Assembly (NCBI GenBank): GCA_039818745.1
Contig: JBCBTI010000001.1
Coordinates: 66,257-130,256 of the forward strand
Direction: 5' to 3'
Length of the DNA: 64,000 nt
Source: Cyanobacteria bacterium J06638_7
GTDB lineage: Bacteria; Cyanobacteriota; Cyanobacteriia; PCC-6307; Cyanobiaceae
The translations under genes and the position numbers were made by a program. This document shows, piece by piece, positions 28,673-38,845 of the stretch. How positions within the stretch are numbered: position 1 is the stretch's first letter; the number at the start of each line of letters is the position of its first letter. Under the pieces are notes generated by a model. The model saw only the letters and a program-made list of their open reading frames with translations, made no database searches and had not been told where the DNA came from.

Positions 28673-30157
28673 TTGACCTCCCCGCCGTCACCGCCTCCCT
28701 CCACTCCTGCCGCCGCGGCACCGCCGGCACATCTGCTGCCTGCAGGACGCCAGGGGGCAGGCGCTGCGGGCCGGCAGCTGCCCACCCTGGCGGGGCTGCT
28801 GTGGCCGCGGCTCTGGCCCCTGGCCGCTGCCACGGTGGCCGGCGGTCTGGCGCTCGATGGTCTGGGGCGGGCCGCCCACGGCCCGCTGCTTCCTGCGGCG
28901 GCCGCCGCCGTGCTGGGAGGGCTCTGGTGGCTGCGGCCCGCCAGGGGCCGCAGGCGCGGGCCCGCCCCTGCCGATGTCAACGGCTGGCTGGCGCGACTGG
29001 ATGCCCTCGACACTCAGTTTCAGCAGTTGGAGGTGAGCCTGGCCGGCAGCCCGTCGGACCCTTCGCCGCAGCGCCAGCGAAGGCAGCAGCAGCTCGCCAG
29101 CCTGCGCCTGCAGTTGCAGCGCAGCGCTCTGGAGATCGCCGTGGTGGGGCGTCCTCCCGCCGATCCGCTCTGGCGCGAAAGCCTGGCGGCGTCGCTGCGC
29201 GGCTCCGAGACGCTCAGACTGCACTGGGCGCGGCCGCTGCCGGCGGCCAGTGAGCGCTGGCTCTGGCCCGAGCCCTTCACCAGCTGCGATCTGGTGCTCT
29301 ACTGCCTGGCCTCGCCGCTGATGGCGGCCGACCTGCGCTGGCTCGAGGCCCTTCCCCCGGGCCAGCCCCTCTGGTTGCTGCTCGATCCTGGCGCCGGGGC
29401 GGCTGCCGAAGAGGCCTGCGCCGCCCTGCTCAGTCAGCTGAGCCTGACACCGCCGCCGCCACTGCTGTGTTGCAGCCAGATCAGCCAGCTGGCCGGGGCC
29501 CTGAGGCCCCTGGCTCGTCAGTGCGCCAGCGAGGCACCCCGCCTGCGCCGGCAACGCCAGATTCGCTGCCTCGAAACCCTGCACGCCTGCTGGCAGGGGG
29601 AGCTGGAGGGGCTGCGTCGGGTTCAGTTCCAGGCCCTGCAGCAGCGCACCCAATGGCTGGTGGCGGCAGGGGTGGTGGCAGCTCCGCTGCCGAGCCTCGA
29701 CCTGCTGGTGCTGGCCGTGGCCAATGGCCTGATGGTGAAGGAGATGGCCCAGCTCTGGGACTGCCCCTGGAACGGGGACCAACTGCGGGCCATGGCCGTG
29801 GAGCTGGCCCGCGCCTGCCTCAGCCTCGGGGTGGTGGAGTGGAGCACCCAGGCGCTCGCCGGAGCGGTGAGGTGGCATGGCGCCACCTGGCTGCTGGGCA
29901 GCGCCGTGCAGGCCCTGAGCGCGGCCTACCTCACCCGGGTGGTAGGCCGCGCCATGGCTGACAGCCTGGCGCGGGCAGTGGGTGTGCAGGAGCCTGATCT
30001 CGAGCGCCTGCGGCGGGAGGCGCCGCTGCTGGTGGCCAGGGCGGCGGAGCAGGAGCGCATCGACTGGCCGATGTTCCTGCGCCAGGGCCAGCAATGGCTG
30101 GCGGAGCAGGCCGGCACCGCCCAAGCCAGGGGCAACACTTCTCAACAACCCACCTAA
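28673..30157 (+). CDS. DUF697/YcjF-like membrane protein with GTPase-like central domain
   Basis: 494 aa (TTG start, uncertain). N-terminal TM pair, a coiled-coil stretch, a beta-strand/loop EIAVVGRPPADP where GTPases carry the P-loop, and a C-terminal amphipathic/TM region (WLVAAGVVAAPLPSLDLLVLAVANGLMV; YLTRVVGRAMADSL) like DUF697. Confidence 0.55.
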   Translation: MTSPPSPPPSTPAAAAPPAHLLPAGRQGAGAAGRQLPTLAGLLWPRLWPLAAATVAGGLALDGLGRAAHGPLLPAAAAAVLGGLWWLRPARGRRRGPAPADVNGWLARLDALDTQFQQLEVSLAGSPSDPSPQRQRRQQQLASLRLQLQRSALEIAVVGRPPADPLWRESLAASLRGSETLRLHWARPLPAASERWLWPEPFTSCDLVLYCLASPLMAADLRWLEALPPGQPLWLLLDPGAGAAAEEACAALLSQLSLTPPPPLLCCSQISQLAGALRPLARQCASEAPRLRRQRQIRCLETLHACWQGELEGLRRVQFQALQQRTQWLVAAGVVAAPLPSLDLLVLAVANGLMVKEMAQLWDCPWNGDQLRAMAVELARACLSLGVVEWSTQALAGAVRWHGATWLLGSAVQALSAAYLTRVVGRAMADSLARAVGVQEPDLERLRREAPLLVARAAEQERIDWPMFLRQGQQWLAEQAGTAQARGNTSQQPT

Positions 30158-30279
30158 CGAACTGCAAAGCGCTGGAACGTTTGTTTGCGTCTTCTTCTTC
30201 GGTGCGACATTTTCCGTAGCGTTTTACAGGCAACGGCTGTGTGGGAACGCCCACCCAGGCCGCAGCCACCTGTTCTCAT

Positions 30280-30318
30280 CCGTCCAACCACTCCGTCCAA
30301 CCACTCCGTCCAAACACT
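30280..30318 (+). repeat. 13-bp tandem repeat x3 (CCGTCCAACCACT, CCGTCCAACCACT, CCGTCCAAACACT) upstream of psbA
   Basis: Read directly at 30280-30292, 30293-30305 and 30306-30318. A degenerate fourth unit CCGGACACCGGGC follows. The array lies 117 to 79 nt upstream of the psbA ATG. Confidence 0.85.
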
Positions 30319-30396
30319 CCGGACACCGGGCCATCACATCCGTGCAGCCCATCCTTCAGCTCCTCTCGCTGACTGTTCACTCCTGAGGATTTCTCC

Positions 30397-31473
30397 ATGA
30401 CCACTGCTCTGCGCAGCGGCCGTTCCGGAAGCTGGGAAAGCTTCTGCCAGTGGGTCACTTCCACCAACAACCGCATCTACGTCGGTTGGTTCGGTGTGCT
30501 GATGATCCCCACCCTGCTGGCGGCCACCATCTGCTTCATCGTGGCCTTCATCGCCGCTCCCCCCGTCGACATCGACGGCATCCGTGAGCCTGTTGCCGGC
30601 TCCTTCCTCTACGGCAACAACATCATCTCAGGCGCGGTTGTGCCTTCGAGCAACGCCATCGGCCTGCACTTCTACCCCATCTGGGAAGCCGCTTCCCTCG
30701 ATGAGTGGCTCTACAACGGCGGCCCCTATCAGCTTGTGGTGTTCCACTTCCTGATCGGCATCTCCGCCTACATGGGCCGCCAGTGGGAACTCTCCTATCG
30801 CCTGGGCATGCGCCCCTGGATCTGTGTGGCCTACAGCGCTCCGCTGTCAGCGGCGTTCGCGGTGTTCCTGATCTATCCCTTCGGTCAGGGCTCCTTCTCC
30901 GACGGCATGCCCCTCGGCATCAGCGGCACCTTCAACTTCATGCTGGTGTTCCAGGCTGAGCACAACATCCTGATGCACCCCTTCCACATGCTTGGTGTGG
31001 CCGGCGTGTTCGGTGGCTCCCTGTTCTCCGCCATGCACGGTTCGCTGGTGACCAGCAGCCTTGTGCGGGAGACGACTGAAACCGAAAGCCAGAACTATGG
31101 CTACAAGTTCGGCCAGGAGGAAGAGACCTACAACATCGTGGCTGCCCACGGTTACTTCGGTCGCCTGATCTTCCAGTACGCCTCCTTCAACAACAGCCGC
31201 AGCCTGCACTTCTTCCTGGCCATCTGGCCGGTGGTGGGCATCTGGTTCACCAGCCTGGGCATCAGCACCATGGCCTTCAACCTCAACGGGTTCAACTTCA
31301 ACCAGTCGATCCTCGATGCCCAGGGCAAGGTGGTGCCCACCTGGGCCGACGTGATCAACCGCGCCAACCTGGGAATGGAAGTGATGCACGAGCGCAACGC
31401 TCACAACTTCCCCCTCGACCTGGCTGCCGTGGAAGCCACCCCGGTGGCCCTCATGGCCCCGGCCATCGGTTGA
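30397..31473 (+). CDS. psbA: photosystem II reaction-centre protein D1 (Gln-130, D1:1-type)
   Basis: 358 aa, an unmistakable D1 sequence ([23 protein letters not shown]...HNFPLDLA). GAGGA lies 8 nt upstream of the ATG. The residue equivalent to 130 is Gln ([13 protein letters not shown]). The C-terminal extension after ...LDLAA is present. Confidence 0.97.
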   Translation: MTTALRSGRSGSWESFCQWVTSTNNRIYVGWFGVLMIPTLLAATICFIVAFIAAPPVDIDGIREPVAGSFLYGNNIISGAVVPSSNAIGLHFYPIWEAASLDEWLYNGGPYQLVVFHFLIGISAYMGRQWELSYRLGMRPWICVAYSAPLSAAFAVFLIYPFGQGSFSDGMPLGISGTFNFMLVFQAEHNILMHPFHMLGVAGVFGGSLFSAMHGSLVTSSLVRETTETESQNYGYKFGQEEETYNIVAAHGYFGRLIFQYASFNNSRSLHFFLAIWPVVGIWFTSLGISTMAFNLNGFNFNQSILDAQGKVVPTWADVINRANLGMEVMHERNAHNFPLDLAAVEATPVALMAPAIG

Positions 31474-31530
31474 GGCCGAACGTCCAGCCCCGGCAACGAG
31501 CCGGGCCGGTCTCCGCCATCCCACTCACAA

Positions 31531-31555
31531 GCCCCCTCCGCGGAGGGGGCTTTTT
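31531..31555 (+). terminator. rho-independent terminator of psbA
   Basis: GCCCCCTCCG/CGGAGGGGGC is a perfect inverted repeat (8-bp GC-rich stem around a CGCG tetraloop if folded as RNA), followed by TTTTT. It starts 58 nt after the psbA stop. Confidence 0.85.
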
Positions 31556-31650
31556 GCTGGGCTGCCGTGCTGGGGTCCGGGGCATCAGAGTGGAGTGCCG
31601 AAGCCAGCCGGCCTGGCCGCTTCGCCGGTTGCGACCTGCCGCGCCTGTGT

Positions 31651-31715
31651 CCGCCCCCGTGCCGCCTGCCCCGTCCCGCCTGCCCCGTGCCGTCTGCCTC
31701 CGTGCCGCCTGCAGC
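31651..31715 (+). repeat. imperfect ~14-bp tandem repeat (CCGCCTGCCCCGTS) about 5 units
   Basis: Units read as CCGCCCCCGTG / CCGCCTGCCCCGTC / CCGCCTGCCCCGTG / CCGTCTGCCTCCGTG / CCGCCTGCAGC. The period is not a multiple of 3. Confidence 0.7.
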
Positions 31716-32901
31716 TTCTGCCGCCGTCTCCGCCCCGGGCCCTGAGCCGGCCGGCCAGCGCTGGCCCTGGTGGCCCCTGCTTCCCCTCTATCCCTACGGC
31801 CGTCGCCGCACCCTGGTGCGGGAGCTGATTCCCAACCAGCTCTGGAGTTTCGAGCAGCTGCAGGGGCTGTTCTATGTGGCGGTGCCGATCCGCATGACTG
31901 TGGTGCGACTGCGTCGGGGGTTGATGCTCTACGCCCCCCTGCCGCCCACCGGCGAACTGGTGGCAGCGCTGCGCCGGCTGGAGGCCGCCTACGGGCCGGT
32001 GTGCACGATCGTGCTGCCCACCGCCTCAGGCCTGGAACACAAACTGCCGGCCCCGTCCCTGGCCAGGGCCTGCCCGCAGGCCGACCTGTGGGTCACCCCG
32101 GGCCAGTGGAGCTTTCCCCTGCGCCTCCCCCAGCGCTGGCTGGGGTTTCCGCCCGGCCGCACCCGGGTGCTGTTCGAACAGGGCCTCCCCCATGCTGGGG
32201 AGTTGCTCTGGCGCGCCCTTGGGCCCCTCAACCTGGGCCTGGGCACGTTCATGGAGGTGGCCTGTCTGCACCGTGCCAGCGGCTCTCTGCTGGTGACCGA
32301 TGCCCTCGTGGCCATCGGCTCCCAGCCGCCCGAGTTGTTCGCAGCCGATCCCACTCCCCTGCTGTTCCATGCCCGTGACCGGGGCGACCAGCCGCTCACG
32401 GACACCCCGGAGCTGCGCCGGCGGGGCTGGCAGCGGCTGGTGCTGTTCGCCTCCTACCTGCGGCCCGCCCCCCTCTCGGTGGCCGGCTGGGGGGAGATGC
32501 TGGCTCAGGCCTTCGCCCCGGGCCTGCGCCGCCCTCGTTGCCATTTCGGCCTCTACCCCTTCCGCTGGCACCGGGGCTGGGAACAGGCCTTCCAGCAGCT
32601 GGTGCCCCAGGGCGGGCCTCACGTGCAGGTGGCGCCGGTGCTGGAGCGGCTGGTGTTCCCGCGCTGCCGGGCCGCTCTGGTGCACTGGATCCGCGGCCTG
32701 GCGGAGCTGGATGGAACCCGCTGGCTGGTGCCGGCCCACTACGAGGCCCCCGTTCCCTTCAGTGCGGAGCAGCTGGGCCAACTCGCGGCAGAGCTCGAGT
32801 CGCGACCCTGGGCCCCGGATGCGGGCAGCTGGTCCACCCTGGCGGGGATTGATCGCACCCTGCTGAACCTGGGCCTTGTGCCCTCAGAACCTCAGCCGTG
32901 A
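31702..32901 (+). CDS. DUF4336 domain-containing protein
   Basis: WPWWPLLPLYPYGRRRTLVRELIPNQLWSFEQLQGLFYVAVPIRMTVV...LPTASGLEHK matches my memory of DUF4336. Start set at in-frame GTG 31702; GTG 31687 and the track start 31567 are alternatives. The upstream part of the track ORF runs through a non-triplet tandem repeat. Confidence 0.65.
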   Translation: MPPAASAAVSAPGPEPAGQRWPWWPLLPLYPYGRRRTLVRELIPNQLWSFEQLQGLFYVAVPIRMTVVRLRRGLMLYAPLPPTGELVAALRRLEAAYGPVCTIVLPTASGLEHKLPAPSLARACPQADLWVTPGQWSFPLRLPQRWLGFPPGRTRVLFEQGLPHAGELLWRALGPLNLGLGTFMEVACLHRASGSLLVTDALVAIGSQPPELFAADPTPLLFHARDRGDQPLTDTPELRRRGWQRLVLFASYLRPAPLSVAGWGEMLAQAFAPGLRRPRCHFGLYPFRWHRGWEQAFQQLVPQGGPHVQVAPVLERLVFPRCRAALVHWIRGLAELDGTRWLVPAHYEAPVPFSAEQLGQLAAELESRPWAPDAGSWSTLAGIDRTLLNLGLVPSEPQP

Positions 32902-32911
32902 GCCGCTGGCT

Positions 32912-33286
32912 TCAGAGCCGAAGGGGTCCCGGGTCCACGTCCAGCTCGTCCCCGTCGTCGTTGCCGATCAGGCTCGCCTCCAGTTCCATGCGCTGCTCCA
33001 TCTGGCGCAGGAAGTACCCGGTCATCATCGCCGAGGCCAGCAGTCCAGCCAGGTTGTCGCGGCTGGTCTGCACCTTCACCTCGAAGTGCTCGCCGGGCAG
33101 CATGCCCAGCAGGCCCTGCACGTTGTGGCGGATGATGTCCTGGATCTCACCGCTGGCGGAGCGGGCCACCCGCTGCAGCACATCGGGTGATTGTTCCTGC
33201 AGGTACTGGATCAGGGCATTGCCACTGATCGCTTCGTTGTCACTCGTCAGGAACTCAGGGTTGAACATCCTGCCTGTGCTTTTCAT
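32912..33286 (-). CDS. DUF760 domain-containing protein
   Basis: 124 aa from ATG 33286. LIQYLQEQSPDVLQRVARSASGEIQDIIRHNVQGLLGMLP...SAMMTGYFLRQMEQR fits the DUF760 pattern. Confidence 0.65.
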   Translation of the reverse strand: MKSTGRMFNPEFLTSDNEAISGNALIQYLQEQSPDVLQRVARSASGEIQDIIRHNVQGLLGMLPGEHFEVKVQTSRDNLAGLLASAMMTGYFLRQMEQRMELEASLIGNDDGDELDVDPGPLRL

Positions 33287-33310
33287 CACGAGAGCACAGT
33301 AGTGCAGGCT

Positions 33311-33943
33311 TCAGGCCTGCTCCGCCGGTGTGCGGATGGGACCGAAACGGCTCAGGGGCCAGTAGCGCCACACGGCGGTGCCGATCAGCTGGGACTCATT
33401 CAGCGGCCCCCAGAGGTGGGAGTCCAGGCTGGCGTTGCGGTTGTCACCGAGCACGAGCAGGTGGCCGGCCGGCACGGTGAGCTCCTCAAGGCTGTAGCGC
33501 ATCGGCCCGGCGCCGGGGTCGCTGCGCACCAGTTCGCCATTGCGCCAGAGGCTGCCATCCCGCACCTCGATGCGGTCCCCGGGCGAGCCCACCACCCGCT
33601 TGATCAGGGCACTGGCGGGGTCGTAGCCGGCATCCTGCAGCAGCGGCGGCGGGTGGAACACCACCACCGTGCCCAACGGCAGGGGGCGATGCAGACGCAC
33701 GCGCAGTTTCTCCACCAGCACCCGGTCGTGGAGCTGCAGGGCCGGCAGCATCGAGCCCGAGGGAATCCAGCGCGGCTCGATCAGAGCCCAGCGCAGCAGC
33801 AGGGCCACGGCCACCCAGGCCAGCAGGGGCAGCAACTGGCGGCGCAGCGCCGCCCAGCGCCCGGGGCCTGCGGGCTTGGCCGGGGTCGTCGGATCAGTCG
33901 CCGGTGCGTCCAAGCGAAGCGCCAAGGAAGATGGTCGCACCAT
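33311..33943 (-). CDS. lepB: signal peptidase I
   Basis: 210 aa. TM anchor, the catalytic Ser box IPSGSMLPAL, the Lys box (RVVGSPGDRI) and the GDNRNASLDS box. Confidence 0.9.
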   Translation of the reverse strand: MVRPSSLALRLDAPATDPTTPAKPAGPGRWAALRRQLLPLLAWVAVALLLRWALIEPRWIPSGSMLPALQLHDRVLVEKLRVRLHRPLPLGTVVVFHPPPLLQDAGYDPASALIKRVVGSPGDRIEVRDGSLWRNGELVRSDPGAGPMRYSLEELTVPAGHLLVLGDNRNASLDSHLWGPLNESQLIGTAVWRYWPLSRFGPIRTPAEQA

Positions 33944-34017
33944 CCTGCAGCGCTGAGCCGCCCCTGCCGCCCTGCCGCTGATCCCCCCTTGCCGTGCCTG
34001 GCGCCCTGCCCCGCCCG

Positions 34018-35826
34018 ATGGCTCCTGAACCCCACGACCATCTAGGCCGCCGGCCCCAGGCCGCCGAGAACCTGACGGCAGCCCTGGTGCTGCTCAGAGC
34101 CCTGGTGGAGGGTGGTGTGAGCCACCTGGTGCTGGCACCGGGAAGCCGTTCAGGCCCGCTGGCGGCGGCGGCGGGGCTGCTCCAGCGCGACGGCGTCCTG
34201 GAGCTCTACACGGCCATCGACGAGCGCTCGGCGGCCTTCTTCGCCCTGGCTCTGGGGCGGGCCAGCGGCAGGCCGGTGGCGGTGATCACCACCTCCGGTA
34301 CAGCGGTGGCCAACCTGCTGCCCGCTGTGGTGGAGGCCGACTTCGCTGCCATCCCCCTGCTGCTGCTCAGCGCTGACCGGCCGGCCAGGCTCAAGGGCTG
34401 TGGCGCCAACCAGACGGTGAACCAGGAGCAGTTCCTGCTCGCCAGCGTGCGCTGGCTGGGCCAGGGCCACCCCGCCGGTCTGGCGGCGATGGGCGCCGGC
34501 TCACTGCGGGAGCTGGCCCGACGGGCACTGGCCAGAGCCGCCGCCGGGCCGGACTCGGCAGCCGGAGCCGTGCATCTCAATCTGCCCTTCGAGGAGCCTC
34601 TGCATGCCGGCGGGGCCGCTCTGGAGTCCCTGGCCCGGCGCCCGCAGCAGCGTCTGGCTGCGTCCCTGCCGCCCGTGGCCGCGGGGTTGGGATGGGTGCC
34701 GGCGCCCATCGGTCTGGGCGGCCTCGATCCCCACCGGCCCGGCCTGGTGGTGGCCGGGCCCTGGCGGGGACACCCCAGCGCCTGGCCCGGGTTCCTGGCC
34801 GCCCTGCGCCAGTGGCAGCAGCGCAGCGGCTGGCCGCTGCTGGCGGATGGCCTCAGTGGCCTGCGCGGCTGCCCCGCTCTGCAGCTGGTGGCGGGCTATG
34901 ACCTGATCGTCAGCCCGTACGCCGGGCTGCAGGCTCAGCAGGTGCTGCGACTGGGCCCGTTGCCCGCCAGCCGCCCCCTGCAGCAGTTGCTGCAGGCCTG
35001 CGGCGGCAGCCAACTGCTGATCAGTGAAGGCGACCCCCGCCGGCTGGACCCGCTGGGCTGCTGCTCCCTGCAGTGGTCGGGCGGGCTGCAGGCCTGGGTG
35101 GAGCAGTTGCCTGAGCCCCGCACACCGCCGCCGCCTGCCAACCGTCGCCATGCCGCGGCCTGGCAGGCAGCCGACCACCGCCTGCAGGTCTGGCTGGATC
35201 ACCAGCTGGACCCCGCCGCCGAGCGGACCTGGAGCGAGCCGGCCCTGGCCCGCCTGCTGGCGCGGCTGCTGCCCGCCGGCCTGCCGCTGGTGATCGCCAA
35301 CAGCTCGCCGGTGCGGGACTGGGAGAGCTTCACCCCGCCGGCCGGTCCCTGGCGCCCCATCTACGCCTTTCGCGGCGCCTCAGGCATCGATGGCACGTTG
35401 TCACTGGCCTGCGGGGTGGCCGAGGCCAGCGGTCATGCCGCACTGCTCAGCGGCGATCTGGCCCTGCTGCACGACAGCAACGGCTGGCTCTGGCGACGTC
35501 AGCTGCGCGGCCGGCTCACGGTGCTGGCGATCGACAACGGCGGCGGCGGGATCTTCGAGCAGCTGCCCATCAGGCCCGAGCCGGAGGGGCTGCTGGACTT
35601 CGAGCGGCTGTTCGCCATGCCCCAGGCCGTGGATCTGCTGGCGCTGGCGGCCGCCCACGGCGTGCCCGGCCGCGCTCCGGCCTCGCCGGCCGCTCTGGCG
35701 GACGATCTGGCCTGGGCCCTGAAGCAGCCGATGGCGCTGCTGCTGCTGCGCAGCGATCGGCGCCAGGACGCGGAGCGCCGCCGATCCCTGCGCAGAATGG
35801 CCCCAGCCCCTGCCTCTGCGCCATGA
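34018..35826 (+). CDS. menD: 2-succinyl-5-enolpyruvyl-6-hydroxy-3-cyclohexene-1-carboxylate synthase
   Basis: 602 aa from ATG 34018; GTG 33994 is also in frame. ThDP-enzyme layout with [29 protein letters not shown] and a GASGIDG...IDNGGGGIF ThDP-binding motif. Confidence 0.9.
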   Translation: MAPEPHDHLGRRPQAAENLTAALVLLRALVEGGVSHLVLAPGSRSGPLAAAAGLLQRDGVLELYTAIDERSAAFFALALGRASGRPVAVITTSGTAVANLLPAVVEADFAAIPLLLLSADRPARLKGCGANQTVNQEQFLLASVRWLGQGHPAGLAAMGAGSLRELARRALARAAAGPDSAAGAVHLNLPFEEPLHAGGAALESLARRPQQRLAASLPPVAAGLGWVPAPIGLGGLDPHRPGLVVAGPWRGHPSAWPGFLAALRQWQQRSGWPLLADGLSGLRGCPALQLVAGYDLIVSPYAGLQAQQVLRLGPLPASRPLQQLLQACGGSQLLISEGDPRRLDPLGCCSLQWSGGLQAWVEQLPEPRTPPPPANRRHAAAWQAADHRLQVWLDHQLDPAAERTWSEPALARLLARLLPAGLPLVIANSSPVRDWESFTPPAGPWRPIYAFRGASGIDGTLSLACGVAEASGHAALLSGDLALLHDSNGWLWRRQLRGRLTVLAIDNGGGGIFEQLPIRPEPEGLLDFERLFAMPQAVDLLALAAAHGVPGRAPASPAALADDLAWALKQPMALLLLRSDRRQDAERRRSLRRMAPAPASAP

Positions 35827-36683
35827 CCGCGGTCCCCTCGGCCTGGCAACCGGTGAGCTGGCAGCAGGCCGGTGCCTATGAGGACATCCGCTTTGAGCGC
35901 AGCGACGAAGGCATCGCCCGCATCACCATCAACCGTCCGCGCAAGCGCAACGCCTTCCGCCCGCTCACGGTGCAGGAGCTCTGCGATGCCTTCTCGAGGG
36001 TGCGGGACGATCCCCGGCTCGGCGTGGTGCTGTTCACCGGTGCCGGCCCGGCGGCGGACGGGGGCTGGGCGTTCTGTGCCGGCGGCGACCAGAGCGTGCG
36101 CGGCGACGGCGGCTACGTGGATGACCAGGGCCTGCCCCGGCTCAACGTGCTCGACCTGCAACGGCTGATCCGAAGCCTGCCGAAGGTGGTGATCGCCCTG
36201 GTGGCCGGCTATGCCATCGGCGGCGGCCAGGTGCTGCATCTGCTCTGCGACCTCTCGATCGCCGCTGAGAATGCCCGCTTCGGCCAGACCGGGCCGCGGG
36301 TGGGCAGCTTCGACGGCGGCTTTGGCGCGGGCTATCTGGCGCGGGTGGTGGGCCAGCGCAAGGCCCGGGAGATCTGGTTTCTCTGCCGCCAGTACGGTGC
36401 CGAGGAGGCCCTGGCGATGGGCCTGGTGAACGCGGTGGTGCCGCTGCAGCAGCTGCAGCATGAGGGAGTGAGCTGGGCACGGGAGGTGCTGCAGCACAGC
36501 CCCACGGCGATCCGCTGCCTCAAGGCCGCCTTCAACGCCGAAACCGATGGCCTCGCCGGGATTCAGGAACTCGCGGGTCAGGCCACCCATCTGTTCTACC
36601 GCACCCAGGAGGGGCAGGAGGGCCGCAACGCCTTCCTGGAGAAGCGGCCTCCCGATTTCTCCGATTCCCCCTGGCTACCTTGA
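35823..36683 (+). CDS. menB: 1,4-dihydroxy-2-naphthoyl-CoA synthase
   Basis: 286 aa crotonase-fold protein. [41 protein letters not shown] and a [12 protein letters not shown]-terminus. ATGA overlap with the menD stop. Confidence 0.95.
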   Translation: MTAVPSAWQPVSWQQAGAYEDIRFERSDEGIARITINRPRKRNAFRPLTVQELCDAFSRVRDDPRLGVVLFTGAGPAADGGWAFCAGGDQSVRGDGGYVDDQGLPRLNVLDLQRLIRSLPKVVIALVAGYAIGGGQVLHLLCDLSIAAENARFGQTGPRVGSFDGGFGAGYLARVVGQRKAREIWFLCRQYGAEEALAMGLVNAVVPLQQLQHEGVSWAREVLQHSPTAIRCLKAAFNAETDGLAGIQELAGQATHLFYRTQEGQEGRNAFLEKRPPDFSDSPWLP

Positions 36684-36715
36684 GGGCACCTGCGGCCGGA
36701 TCCACGCGCAGCACC

Positions 36716-37300
36716 ATGTGGCCACTGCTCCCGGGCCTGCTCAGCGCCCTGCTGCCGGGGCTGCTCTGGGCCGCTGCCGCCGCTCCGGCCGCTGCCCAGG
36801 CCAGGGTGCCTTCCCCGGCAGCCACTGCCGGGGAAGGCGTCGCCAGCGCCCACGGCCCATCCGGCCGGCGTGAGCTGGTGCTGCACCGGGGCGCCCGCAA
36901 GCTGGTGGTGCTCGAGGCCGGCCGGCCGCTGCGCCAGTTTCCGGTGGCCGTGGGTCGCCCGGGCTGGGAGACGCCGGTGGGCCAGTTCGAGGTGATCGAG
37001 CTGGTGGCCCACCCGGTCTGGGAGCATCCCGCCACCGGAGCCCATGTGCCGCCCGGGCCCCACAACCCCCTCGGCAGCCGCTGGATCGGCTTTCACCGCG
37101 ACTGTCTCGGCCGCAGCGGCTTCAACGGTGAGGAGGTGCTCACGGTGGAAGGCTGCGTGAGCGCGGGCTTCCACGGCACCCCCCAGCGCGAGAGCGTGGG
37201 CCGGGCCGTCTCCCACGGCTGCGTGCGCCTGCTGGATGAGCATGTGCGCGAGCTGTTCGATCTGGTCAGCCTCGGCACCCCGGTCACGGTGCTGCCCTGA
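36716..37300 (+). CDS. L,D-transpeptidase (YkuD domain), exported
   Basis: From ATG 36716 the signal peptide is MWPLLPGLLSALLPGLLWAAAAAPAAAQA. The YkuD catalytic motif is SHGCVRL. TTG 36680, which overlaps the menB stop, is an alternative start. Confidence 0.8.
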   Translation: MWPLLPGLLSALLPGLLWAAAAAPAAAQARVPSPAATAGEGVASAHGPSGRRELVLHRGARKLVVLEAGRPLRQFPVAVGRPGWETPVGQFEVIELVAHPVWEHPATGAHVPPGPHNPLGSRWIGFHRDCLGRSGFNGEEVLTVEGCVSAGFHGTPQRESVGRAVSHGCVRLLDEHVRELFDLVSLGTPVTVLP

Positions 37301-37354
37301 GGTGGGCGTCTCCTGACCACCCCTACAGTTGTGCCCTGCAGCGGCTGTCTGGGA

Positions 37355-38839
37355 ATGCGGATCCTGTTTGCCGCCGCCGAGTGCGCTCCCATGATCAAGG
37401 TGGGCGGCATGGGCGATGTGGTGGGCTCGCTGCCGCCGGCCCTTGCCCGCTTCGGGCATGACGTGCGCACGATCATCCCCGGCTACGGCAGGCTCTGGTC
37501 GCAACTGGTGATCCCCGCAGAACCGGTGTGGCGCGGCCACACCATGGGCACCGACTTCGCGGTGTTCCAGGCCACCCACCCCGACAGCGGCCTCCCCCTC
37601 TATCTGGTGGGTCATCCGGTCTTCGACGCCGAGCGCATCTACGGCGGTGAGGACGAGGACTGGCGCTTCACCTTCTTTGCCAGCGCCACCGCCGAGTTCT
37701 GCTGGCACCACTGGAAGCCCCAGGTGCTGCACTGCCACGACTGGCACACCGGCATGCTTCCGGTGTGGATGCACCAGGACCCTGAGGTGAGCACGGTGTT
37801 CACCATCCACAACCTGCGCTATCAGGGCCCCTGGCGCTGGAAGCTGGACCGCATGACCTGGTGTCCCTGGTACATGCAGGGGGACCACACCATGGCGGCG
37901 GCCCTGCTCTATGCCGACCGCATCAACGCGGTCTCGCCCACCTACGCACAGGAGATCCGCACCGCCGAATACGGCGAGCGGCTCGAGGACCTGCTCAACT
38001 TCGTGAGCGGCAAGCTGCGCGGCATCCTCAACGGCATCGATACGCAGGCCTGGGATCCGGCCAGCGACGCCACGCTGCCGGCCCGTTTCAGCGCCGCCGA
38101 TCTGCAGCCGCGCGGGATCAACAAGCGGGCCCTGCAGGACCGCTTCGGGCTCACGCCCAGCCCCCGCAGCTATCTGATGGCGGCCGTGAGCCGGCTGGTG
38201 GATCAGAAGGGTGTGGATCTGCTGTTGCAGGTGGCCGACCGGGTGCTCGCCTACACCGACAGCCAGATCGTGGTGCTGGGCACCGGGGATCGGGCCTATG
38301 AGTCGGGTCTGTGGCAGATGGCCGCCCGCCATCCCGGCCGCTTCGCGGTGTTCCTCACCTACGACGATGCCCTCTCGCGGCTCATCTACGGCGGCAGCGA
38401 CGCCTTCCTGATGCCCAGCCGTTTCGAGCCCTGCGGCATCAGCCAGATGCTGGCCATGCGCTATGGCTCGATCCCGGTGGTGCGCCGGGTGGGGGGACTG
38501 GTGGACACCGTGCCCCCCAACGACCCCGGGGCCGAAGGCGGCGCGGGCAGCGGCACCGGCTACGGCTTCGATCGCTACGAGCCGATCGACTTCTACACCG
38601 CGATCGTGCGCTCCTGGGAGGCCTACCGCAATCCGCTGGCCTGGGCCCAGCTGCAGCGCCGTGCCATGGGCACCGATTTCAGCTGGGATCGCTCCGCCCT
38701 CGCCTACGCAGCGATGTACCGGGAGGTGTGCGGCATCAAGGAGCCGACGCCCGAGCCTGCCGCGGTGGAGCAGTTCTCCAAGGGCCAGGACGCCGATCCC
38801 AGTCGTCGCGGGCTGGCGGCCCTGCTCAAGCGCCGCTAG
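37355..38839 (+). CDS. glgA: glycogen synthase
   Basis: 494 aa from ATG 37355. [27 protein letters not shown] (KxGGL-type motif) and [12 protein letters not shown] of the GT5 family. Confidence 0.95.
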   Translation: MRILFAAAECAPMIKVGGMGDVVGSLPPALARFGHDVRTIIPGYGRLWSQLVIPAEPVWRGHTMGTDFAVFQATHPDSGLPLYLVGHPVFDAERIYGGEDEDWRFTFFASATAEFCWHHWKPQVLHCHDWHTGMLPVWMHQDPEVSTVFTIHNLRYQGPWRWKLDRMTWCPWYMQGDHTMAAALLYADRINAVSPTYAQEIRTAEYGERLEDLLNFVSGKLRGILNGIDTQAWDPASDATLPARFSAADLQPRGINKRALQDRFGLTPSPRSYLMAAVSRLVDQKGVDLLLQVADRVLAYTDSQIVVLGTGDRAYESGLWQMAARHPGRFAVFLTYDDALSRLIYGGSDAFLMPSRFEPCGISQMLAMRYGSIPVVRRVGGLVDTVPPNDPGAEGGAGSGTGYGFDRYEPIDFYTAIVRSWEAYRNPLAWAQLQRRAMGTDFSWDRSALAYAAMYREVCGIKEPTPEPAAVEQFSKGQDADPSRRGLAALLKRR

Positions 38840-38845
38840 GCCGGC

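Noticed and set aside
30280-31715. Could the short tandem repeats flanking psbA be a degenerate CRISPR array or a MITE?
   Set aside because: The units are 13-14 bp and directly abutting with no spacers, and the two arrays are unrelated in sequence. There are no terminal inverted repeats and no cas or transposase genes in the window.
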